62,509 nt of DNA from Agathobacter sp. (GCA_963656085.1 CAVKHV010000001.1:1-62509), one strand, 5' to 3'; shown: positions 42,601-48,064, counted from the first letter of the stretch. A program made the numbers and translations. The notes: generated by a model not told the origin, from the letters alone.

Positions 42601-43372
42601 CCGCGAGGATATCTATTTTGTAAACAGCAGTATGTATAACGCCATATGCTTCGGCTTCTACGGCGCTGCTTGCGATGTAGTATATGACGGAACAAGCGAA
42701 GACCGATTCAGAGATTTCTATTTGAATGACTGGTCTGGCGACGTTATCTGGTATGTTACCATAAAAGATAACCGGATGTCGGGCGACCATCTGGTATGGC
42801 ACTCCAACTGGGCTTCATACGGGTATTTGGCTACCTCCGCTTCCTCTGTGGGATTCGATATTATGGCAGGTATGGGCGGCGAATACGGTCAGGGTGCAAT
42901 GTGTATTGCTCTCAGAAATAACTGGCAGGATTCGCATTATACCATGATCAGTGTCGGTAAACATTCCAAGGATATAATTGTTGAGCATAACTATACCGTG
43001 AATGTTTCGGATGTATCTCCGTTCCAGGTGGGTGCCACAAATTACGGCGGTACATATATGTACAGAAATATTCTTGATAACTGCGGCAGCCAGACTGTAG
43101 GTACGTCAAGTAAAGTAACAAATGCTCAGGGCTCATTGACTAAGATTGTCAATAACTCGTCCGCTAAATCCGTTAAGAAAGGCGATGTAAACCTTGACGG
43201 TAATATCGATCTCCTTGACGTTACGGCAATACGCAATTATGTAACCGGTCAGATCTCGCTTACAGAAGCACAAAAGGCAAATGCCGATGTTGACGGTAAT
43301 CCGGGTGTAACCCTTGAGGACGCTACATATCTCAGATTCTATATCCTCGGATATATTGATTCTCTTAACTGA
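36695..43372 (+). CDS. Giant (~2225 aa) secreted multi-module protein with a beta-helix (pectate-lyase-fold) region and a C-terminal type I dockerin
   Basis: GTG start after RBS GGGAGG, then a signal peptide. Three jelly-roll modules end FDDISVTYV / AYFDNISINTV / VYYDNIQLTY. The beta-helix N-cap pattern is HAMDYISQNGGGTLYFPAGSYRFDCPIVVPENVRLVGE. The dockerin has duplicated F-hand segments: GDVNLDGNIDLLDVTAIRNYV...ADVDGNPGVTLEDATYLRFYI. Confidence 0.8.
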   Translation: MKKHNLKRLLATVLALTLIASTVLITGAIQSKDVYATETVTFDFSDSDKFADTLNSFKSSSLTVSGADPVDFDNVFKKGTDGLDLTGDTKTVSAIAYKDANGNVLTPKTASLKTVPGTDGVSSLFVYAKSADGAAYYAAALKTESNKATVNEVEDDYSKTTLITYAVSVADNKVTKIEQTGSKELTFKNYYDLNVENAKDEIGIFSYFDVSDKTAKAIKYADITAVSYDISVSYDEGKAVFGGNVNVKSSATSGTKKFAISADAAMADTDLNTVGFAAADNDTTVAKITAEVGITEVDVRATVDAFKAKVKSEIYSKPITQNSETALQNLFEEYDKLDDSVKYFYSLDELNSIKNTIDSGVAYYDTFDGIDYFNSEKYWEVVSTWDENMRYGTSKNPESDGDLTNTTDSTKVGYWGIIDDGNGNNVLNIRRNFHYGTNPENPQDNVSTARHSVLYNLKDSAGGDNNASLYEFSAKVYNTGEGAMKSFLVLQYDNPTDAPYTWTGVTLYANTSKTTIYTYVSKPNANGTIGFTNKQGSNATTADATVPAFKAKQYLDITFKYNFSTNGYDITVTGLENKTNEVITATAFYAVDAPVKGIYIGSQGKNEKNAVGFDDISVTYVSAKHVSYLINSIGEITKDNVIQKQDTINNATELMNNLSEEEAAKLSDADRELLSQKAEEAERVFKEYIAENTPLNMMDFEDGTAVAFKSSGAAYGVVDNDRANDLNASSKILSVVGSNSAANKSAAYIAQSYIQNNMHTVSIDAYIDGTNGPLMFFDYKDSENWTAVYPTYESTKLYLTAIGRTSSLALNGSGNRVMKYDITYMKSVDSAKDYNKSWAKFIFSYNDSGYVTVKILFADGNIGEPMYNDVTNGGLSDRSLYWNIDCRSGSVATGFGVGSNGTATAYFDNISINTVDTESDSYSDAAAFISEYEDILKLTPNTLSNTDISQLDNAIADYNGLSIDAKKYVPTAEEVLYTLKDASISLDSALDDSAAVVTDKTDYSKPFTDRFESGYASKWYRNMVSGWGNMEIRYTGETDKAGNITNNDHTDDEGHFLLTDAASGEYYYNVMSTEYSDAYDADEDGIIRIALDTEANKWYYLATTQVDGKEEHVKKFLEDKSSSVSENNKALYMKSLQSFYTPKDKFLPSQRRISSVSMTVWPENANNTNSSSTIKITTAYKDQSNYSFIELYNNNNLYYFKIGSCVDGAETATTVGNTTLLSADKVYVTYTLSEVGRINIILTDQHGNTFQQGATLPNITWGFAISAFKNVGVYYDNIQLTYQKAGWEDSDLEDVTDIVMYYTSNTFLDPDSVVLLQGDNLYKTVKQVEIMPVNDVTTAGAIPKYISRTGYDYNGVVYYDVDGNAVTRNANTGEWCYTDSTTGKLVRLSETKQKWYYEDNGEAVYLEKAATVKSEHHIDPLPNGDISNVWNNSAAQKVDIVQKTYSSLKFILDENSKTGIYLLKITGVNKDPLTNKNKVLYYYLNAPWIDYTLGSDGETTAPGKTIDIIGENLAPHIDDALAALNSSSSDYAVQRDAILSSVSVYMTDGTHNYNLEISDVPSDYRIRATIPTDVYMENGGKTEYEIMVHSNYGDDYTWSIPYKIYVAPDVRDSWGDKVYSIKEFNSNVGNTLYNAAPVVTHAMDYISQNGGGTLYFPAGSYRFDCPIVVPENVRLVGEKKEYVQFLCADYYYEIGDLPKSLFFFGSNAEFKNISVYAERTGGFVAMYGEKSENVYFENCRFWYQVDAGNLSIQGPVMSTVNECYSMIMNESKSFLIYVQGDSSNIHFDNYTQRAQVLGKDHRPIVVYENYAEYWVLRDFWTNGGWGEFYANKSMLDGGESVDCALGAWSHGMYIQDWYFNTRANNNHEAYVADMSCDYAATTLTAAYDENGNRMLDENGLPTVYKVSITGKDESLRGMQVYVYEGYGEGQARTVVKAVTNDEGGKYVYLDRPFTVGVVGGVTRCNIRKNREDIYFVNSSMYNAICFGFYGAACDVVYDGTSEDRFRDFYLNDWSGDVIWYVTIKDNRMSGDHLVWHSNWASYGYLATSASSVGFDIMAGMGGEYGQGAMCIALRNNWQDSHYTMISVGKHSKDIIVEHNYTVNVSDVSPFQVGATNYGGTYMYRNILDNCGSQTVGTSSKVTNAQGSLTKIVNNSSAKSVKKGDVNLDGNIDLLDVTAIRNYVTGQISLTEAQKANADVDGNPGVTLEDATYLRFYILGYIDSLN

Positions 43373-43401
43373 TTGGTTATTAACCGTTGAAACTAAATAA
43401 A

Positions 43402-43434
43402 TTAAGCCACCGAATTTTCGGTGGCTTAATTTCT
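43402..43434 (+). terminator. Rho-independent terminator after the dockerin gene
   Basis: TTAAGCCACCG...CGGTGGCTTAA stem (11+ bp) followed by TTTCT. Confidence 0.7.
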
Positions 43435-43502
43435 ATTCAATGTCAGGGCAGCGCCGAATATACGCAGCGGCAGCTGCCCGCGAAAGGAAAAACGATGATT
43501 TT

Positions 43503-44357
43503 ATGAGCAAGCGAAAAAAACTCATATTTATAACCTCTGCTTTTTTGGCTGTTTGTGTTGCCGTCAGCGCGGTTTTCTATATAAATAATCCGGGAAAACA
43601 ACTTAAAAAGGCGCTTAAAAAAGATAATTTTAATGTTGTTCAGGTTTCCGGCAGTTACGTCGTTACCGATTTGAACGCCGAAAAAGAGTCAAGCAGTTCC
43701 AAAACCGGCAGCACCGCTTCCGATACCGATAAAACTAAAAGCGACAGTACGAACGGCAGTGCGGGATCGGCAAGTCAGCCGTCAAATTCTTCGGGCAGCG
43801 GATACATTAACTACGGTCAATCTGCCGAAAACGGCAGCGACCAAAACACGGATGAAGGATTTTCATCAGTGCTTGAATACAAAAGGTATAACGGCACCGA
43901 ATATATCAGTGATTTCGGCAGCGCCGCATACTATTACTCGGAAAACGGAAAGTACTACCGTATAATTTCACGCCCCGATTATGAAAACCCCGAGGATTTT
44001 CAGTATCTCTGGTACAAACAAGAGGTAGATAAGGATACGCTTGAAAATAACAGAACCTTTAACTATGACGCTTTTTCAAAACTCAAACCCGAAAACTTTC
44101 ACCGTTCGGGCAGTACATTTACGCTTGACAGCGAGTACGTAAATTCCTTTATTAAAGATCTTCTGAAACTTGATATGTCCCAGAAGAAATATAATAAGCC
44201 AAGCGTAAAACTTAAAATCAGTGATGATAAGGTATCCGAACTGAAAATTGAGTTCTATTACGGGGAAAAGTTTCGCTACAATATTGATTATACTTTCGTA
44301 TATAACAATTTGAAGATAATTCTGCCCGAATGCACAGATAAAGAGTTGCTGTTTTAA
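43503..44357 (+). CDS. N-terminally anchored hypothetical protein with a Ser-rich linker
   Basis: Start chosen at MSKRKKLIFITSAFLAVCVAVSAVFYI (basic residues then TM). No family recognised. Confidence 0.5.
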   Translation: MSKRKKLIFITSAFLAVCVAVSAVFYINNPGKQLKKALKKDNFNVVQVSGSYVVTDLNAEKESSSSKTGSTASDTDKTKSDSTNGSAGSASQPSNSSGSGYINYGQSAENGSDQNTDEGFSSVLEYKRYNGTEYISDFGSAAYYYSENGKYYRIISRPDYENPEDFQYLWYKQEVDKDTLENNRTFNYDAFSKLKPENFHRSGSTFTLDSEYVNSFIKDLLKLDMSQKKYNKPSVKLKISDDKVSELKIEFYYGEKFRYNIDYTFVYNNLKIILPECTDKELLF

Positions 44358-44395
44358 GGGCAGTAGTGTGACAGGACTCGAACCTGTCACGCCTA
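44358..44395 (-). other. tRNA-like T-arm/acceptor fragment (not a complete tRNA)
   Basis: The minus strand reads GCGTGACAGGTTCGAGTCCTGTCACACTACTGCCC, with a canonical GGTTCGAGTCC T-loop in a 5-8 bp stem. No D arm, anticodon arm or matching 5' acceptor strand lies upstream. Confidence 0.35.
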
Positions 44396-44489
44396 CGAAA
44401 CAAAATTTTGCATAATACATTGCCTCAAAACTTGAAATACGACAGTATTCCTGCGTTTAGTCGGCTTCGTCTTATAACAAAATTTTTAG

Positions 44490-44605
44490 TTTCGGTAGGT
44501 TCTTATCGGACTAACGCGTGAAACCGCCGCCTTCGGCGGCGGCGCGCCGCAGGCGCGCACGGGCGGAAACCGCCCGTTTCACGCGCGGCAACCCGACTAC
44601 CGAAA
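44490..44605. other. G+C-rich multi-hairpin element (closing helices plus three perfect GC hairpins), candidate structured RNA or DNA site
   Basis: P1 is 44490-98/44597-605 (9 bp) and P2 is 44515-24/44576-85 (10 bp). Hairpins are 44525-41 (7 bp), 44542-58 (7 bp) and 44561-75 (6 bp). All pairs are Watson-Crick, so the strand cannot be assigned. Confidence 0.5.
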
Positions 44606-44646
44606 TTACCGCATACTGCTGTACGCAAATAATCGTAAAATAACAC

Positions 44647-44675
44647 TTGATTTTTTCGCCGCCTGCAAGTATAAT
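44647..44675 (+). promoter_or_regulatory. Sigma-A promoter of tRNA-Ser
   Basis: TTGATT, 17-nt spacer, TATAAT. It lies ~45 nt upstream of the tRNA 5' end. Confidence 0.6.
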
Positions 44676-44719
44676 ATTTATTGTCGGTGTGCGACCGATG
44701 CACAAAATTAAATATATCC

Positions 44720-44811
44720 GGAGAGATGGCTGAGCTGGCCTAAGGCGCACGATTGGAAATCGTGTAGGCGTTGATAGCGTCTCAGGGGTTCGAATCCCCT
44801 TCTCTCCGCCA
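44720..44811 (+). tRNA. tRNA-Ser (anticodon GGA), encoded CCA
   Basis: Acceptor GGAGAGA/TCTCTCC, anticodon stem CACGA/TCGTG with loop TTGGAAA, long variable arm, T arm AGGGG-TTCGAAT-CCCCT, discriminator G, then CCA. Confidence 0.93.
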
Positions 44812-44818
44812 TGAAAAA

Positions 44819-44848
44819 GCACCTAAGCTTCACGCTTAGGTGCTTTTT
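44819..44848 (+). terminator. Rho-independent terminator of tRNA-Ser
   Basis: GCACCTAAGC-TTCAC-GCTTAGGTGC perfect 10-bp stem followed by TTTTT. Confidence 0.85.
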
Positions 44849-45021
44849 CAAACAAAGCGCCTTATTACGGTGTTGATGAAAATTAAAACTGCCTGTGGCT
44901 TATGAAGTGTGCAACAATCCCTCTTTCAATTATTTCAATTCGGTTTTATTGATTTTTGAGGTTTTTATTTTTTTATGCTTTCTGCTTTTTTAACTTAATA
45001 AATATTTATTCACTCAAAGTA

Positions 45022-45050
45022 TTGATTTTTCCCCGTTTATATGGTACACT
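45022..45050 (+). promoter_or_regulatory. Candidate extended -10 promoter of the nitroreductase gene
   Basis: TTGATT, 17-nt spacer ending in TGG, then TACACT. Confidence 0.5.
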
Positions 45051-45101
45051 GTAATTCCAAAATCGGTATGGATTTTTCTGAGATACTATGCTCATTTTTC
45101 G

Positions 45102-45140
45102 CCATACACTCTGTGCGAGTGTGTGGTGTTTCTTATTTTT
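45102..45140 (+). promoter_or_regulatory. Terminator-like leader hairpin (candidate attenuator) directly upstream of the nitroreductase RBS
   Basis: 10-bp stem CCATACACTC / GAGTGTGTGG (one G.U pair, + strand only), 5-nt loop, then TGTTTCTTATTTTT. The RBS AAGGAGG begins at 45141. Confidence 0.45.
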
Positions 45141-45154
45141 AAGGAGGAATTGTT

Positions 45155-45673
45155 ATGAATGAAGTATTGAACACAATTAAATTACGCAGAAGCGTTCGGG
45201 CGTATAAGCCCGATGCCGTTCCGGCGAAACTGCTTAATGCGGTTCTTGAAGCCGGTACCTACGCACCGACCGGAGGCGGACGGCAGTCACCTACGATCAT
45301 TGCGGTTACATCCCAAAAGTATCGCAGGGAAATTTCGGAACTGAATGCCGGCGTGATGGGCAGCAACGGCGACCCGTATTACGGAGCGCCGATCGTTATT
45401 CTTGTATTGGCGGACGGAGCGGCAAGCACCTTTGTCGAAGACGGCAGCTGTGTGCTTGAGAATATGATGCTCGCCGCCGCTTCACTGGGGCTCGGTTCTG
45501 TCTGGGTACACAGGGAGCGGCAAATATTCGACAGTGAAAGGGGCAAAGCCCTCCTTAGCGAATGGGGACTGCCCGAAACGCTGCGAGGTGTCGGAAGTAT
45601 CGCGCTCGGATATCCTGCCGAAGCAGAGGGCAAAGCGGCGGAAAGAAAGGCGGATTACATCGTTCGGGTATAA
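45155..45673 (+). CDS. Nitroreductase-family (FMN-dependent) oxidoreductase
   Basis: IKLRRSVRAYKPD...LEAGTYAPTGGGRQ... pattern of the NfnB/NfsA-like nitroreductase fold. Confidence 0.85.
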   Translation: MNEVLNTIKLRRSVRAYKPDAVPAKLLNAVLEAGTYAPTGGGRQSPTIIAVTSQKYRREISELNAGVMGSNGDPYYGAPIVILVLADGAASTFVEDGSCVLENMMLAAASLGLGSVWVHRERQIFDSERGKALLSEWGLPETLRGVGSIALGYPAEAEGKAAERKADYIVRV

Positions 45674-45675
45674 AA

Positions 45676-46275
45676 TTACCGTGCGTGTAGAATCGGCGAC
45701 AGTCTGGGATATATAATAAAGCAAATTGCCGTTATCAGCACGCCTTTTATAAATGTAAACGGCAGGTTGACCACCGCCAACGCTTCCCACAGGTTGTCGA
45801 TGAACGGGAATATTGCCGAATATGCGCCCAGGATCGCTTTCATCGGCATAAAATTCGTGTAGAACGGGTAAACAATGTAATAGTTGGTTACAAACTGCAA
45901 AAGAGACATGGCGACCGTGCTCGCAATCGAGCCGATGAGCGCCCCCGAACGGCTTTTTTTATGCTTATACACGGTTCCTGCAGTTCCTATAAACACAGCG
46001 CCCAAAATAAAGTTTGAAAGTTCTCCGACGCCGCCCGATGTCCCGAACGGCAGGTGTATAAGATTTTTAACAAGGCATACGGCGACGCCGTACACAGGGC
46101 CGAAACAGAATGAAGTTATAAGCGCGGGCAATTCGGAAAAGTCAAACTTTAAAAATTCGGGCACAAAAGGAACCGAAAATTCAAGAATCATAAGTATGAC
46201 TGCAACAGCGCTCATAACGGCGGTGACAGCCAGCGCGCGAATGTTAACGGCGCGGTTTGCGGTTTTGGTGATCAT
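45676..46275 (-). CDS. ribU: ECF-transporter S component for riboflavin (RibU/FmnP-like)
   Basis: Start chosen at MITKTANR after RBS AAGGGGGA, because the longer ORF would run through the riboswitch terminator. LKFDFSELPALITSFCFGPVYGV...NLIH pattern. The gene lies directly downstream of an FMN riboswitch. Confidence 0.8.
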   Translation of the reverse strand: MITKTANRAVNIRALAVTAVMSAVAVILMILEFSVPFVPEFLKFDFSELPALITSFCFGPVYGVAVCLVKNLIHLPFGTSGGVGELSNFILGAVFIGTAGTVYKHKKSRSGALIGSIASTVAMSLLQFVTNYYIVYPFYTNFMPMKAILGAYSAIFPFIDNLWEALAVVNLPFTFIKGVLITAICFIIYPRLSPILHAR

Positions 46276-46291
46276 AATAATATCCCCCTTT

Positions 46292-46332
46292 AAAAAATAA
46301 AAGTCCCGACACTTAAAATCCAAGGTCGGGAC
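46292..46332 (-). terminator. Expression-platform terminator of the FMN riboswitch
   Basis: The minus strand reads GTCCCGAC...GTCGGGAC followed by TTTTATTTTTT. It lies between the aptamer and the ribU start. Confidence 0.7.
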
Positions 46333-46373
46333 GAGGCAAATCAATCTTCCGGCGGCATAATCCGCTGATTATT

Positions 46374-46512
46374 TGCGCCTTCTTCTATCCGGACTGTTAC
46401 CGTCGGTTCCGGAATCTCACCGGTAATCGGCACGCCGAAAAGCGTGTTAGCGGACTCGTCAGGCAGCGCTGCATTACCGCCGGTGGGGATTTTCACCCCG
46501 CCCCGAAGACAT
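46374..46512 (-). promoter_or_regulatory. FMN riboswitch (RFN element)
   Basis: The minus strand reads TCTTCGGGGCGGGGTGAAAATCCCCACCGGCGGTAA...CCGACGGTAACAGTCCGGATAGAAGAAGGCGC. This matches the conserved 5' and 3' RFN blocks. Confidence 0.88.
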
Positions 46513-46525
46513 ATGTTGCACCATT

Positions 46526-46554
46526 ATTATATTACCACGACGATTTTTTGTCAA
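46526..46554 (-). promoter_or_regulatory. Consensus sigma-A promoter driving the FMN riboswitch-ribU transcript
   Basis: The minus strand reads TTGACA, 17-nt spacer, TATAAT. Confidence 0.65.
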
Positions 46555-46647
46555 CCCCGGCATAAAATATTGAATATGCTATTGAAAAAACAGGTACAGC
46601 ATATATAATTAAATATAGCAAAGGTTTTTAAAAGGAGATATCGGCAA

Positions 46648-47934
46648 ATGGAGAGCCTTGGTGCGATTAAAGAAAAAATTTGCGAAACAATAGATAAAAA
46701 CAAAGATGAATTTATAGCCTTGGGTCACAGCGTACTGCGCGAACCCGAGGTGGCATTTACAGAGTTTAAAACAGCCCAAAAGGTGGAAAAAGCATTTTCA
46801 TCATTGGGACTTGACTGTAACTGCGGACAGGCTGTAACAGGCATAACCGCCGACCTGCACGGTAAATCGGATTGTGCCACTGTTGCGCTTATGGGCGAAC
46901 TTGATTCCATAATTTTGCCCGAATATCCGTATGCGGATAAAATCACGGGTGCCGCCCATGCCTGCGGTCATAACGTGCAGCTCGGCGCACTTTACGGTGC
47001 GGCGATAGGTCTTGTTAAAAGCGGCGCGATGGGCGCGCTTGACGGTACGGTGCGCCTTATGGCTGTCCCTGCCGAGGAGGGAATCGGTCTGCAAAGGCGC
47101 GTACAGTTGATCAAAGAGGGCAAGATTAAGACCTTCAGCGGCAAGCAGGAATTTATAAGATTAGGATTGTTTGACGGGGTCAGCGCTGCGGTTATGCAAC
47201 ACACCATGAGCGGCGACAAGGTTACGGCAGGCGGCGCGGGCGGTCTTTGCATTGTACCGAAGGTCGTACGCTACAAGGGCAGGTCTGTACACCCCGTAAA
47301 TGCTCATAACGGCGTGAACGCCTTAACTGCGGCAAGAATAGGACTTAACGCCGTTGATAATATGCGCGATACAATGCCGGGTATCTATTTCCATTACTAT
47401 TTGGCGGAATGCGGCGGCGCGGTTAATGTTGTGCCCGACAGCGTAACGCTTGAGGCAAATGTTCGCGGATGGGATATAAATTACATAAAAGAGTGTAACG
47501 AGGTTATAAACCGCTGCCTTAAAGCCGGCGCGACAGCTGCCGGTGCCGAGGTCGAAATAACCGACGTTGCAGGCACCTTGTACGCTAACGAGCAGCAGGA
47601 CCTGAAAAATATTGTCCTTAAAAACGAGGCAGAGATTTTCGGAAAAGACCATATCGGCGAAGGTACCGCTTTGTCGACCGATGCAAATGATGTTTCCTGC
47701 CTGCTGCCGACGGTGCACGCGCTTGTCGGCGGATATAAGGGTGCGGCGCACAACGCGGATTTCACGGCGGTTGATGAAAATATGTGCTATGTGGGCGCGG
47801 CAAAATTGCTTGCCTGCACCGCCGCCGAATTGCTTTATAACGGCGCGGAAAATGCAAAAACGGTTAAAAAGAACTTCAAACCGGTCATGACCAAAAAAGA
47901 TTATTTGTCGAAATGGTGCGGAATTAATGAGTGA
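46648..47934 (+). CDS. M20-family metallo-amidohydrolase/peptidase
   Basis: 428 aa. HACGHNVQLGALYG metal-binding motif and M20D-like layout. Substrate unknown. Confidence 0.75.
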   Translation: MESLGAIKEKICETIDKNKDEFIALGHSVLREPEVAFTEFKTAQKVEKAFSSLGLDCNCGQAVTGITADLHGKSDCATVALMGELDSIILPEYPYADKITGAAHACGHNVQLGALYGAAIGLVKSGAMGALDGTVRLMAVPAEEGIGLQRRVQLIKEGKIKTFSGKQEFIRLGLFDGVSAAVMQHTMSGDKVTAGGAGGLCIVPKVVRYKGRSVHPVNAHNGVNALTAARIGLNAVDNMRDTMPGIYFHYYLAECGGAVNVVPDSVTLEANVRGWDINYIKECNEVINRCLKAGATAAGAEVEITDVAGTLYANEQQDLKNIVLKNEAEIFGKDHIGEGTALSTDANDVSCLLPTVHALVGGYKGAAHNADFTAVDENMCYVGAAKLLACTAAELLYNGAENAKTVKKNFKPVMTKKDYLSKWCGINE

Positions 47935-48064
47935 AAAGCAAATAAACCGCCAAATTATTAAGCTGAGTAGAGTCGAACTCCATACGGTTTTTTCCCGACG
48001 TATTTTCCCATCGGCTAAAAAAATAAAAGACCTTGCCGGACGGCGAGGCCTTTTATTTCGGGCT

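Noticed and set aside
44358-44610. The whole 250-nt minus-strand stretch as a tmRNA or an intron-containing tRNA. This was prompted by the T-arm at the 3' end, a GGTAGT...ACTACT possible acceptor pairing, and the GC-rich structures in between.
   Set aside because: There is no G3:U70 pair, no CCA end, no recognisable tag reading frame or pseudoknots, and the acceptor pairing is only 6 bp with a wobble. The T-arm fragment and the GC-rich element are reported separately instead.
44503-44822. Minus-strand ORFs 44503..44703 and 44511..44822 (Arg/Ala-rich).
   Set aside because: They are translations of the GC-rich hairpin element and of the antisense strand of tRNA-Ser. They are not coding.
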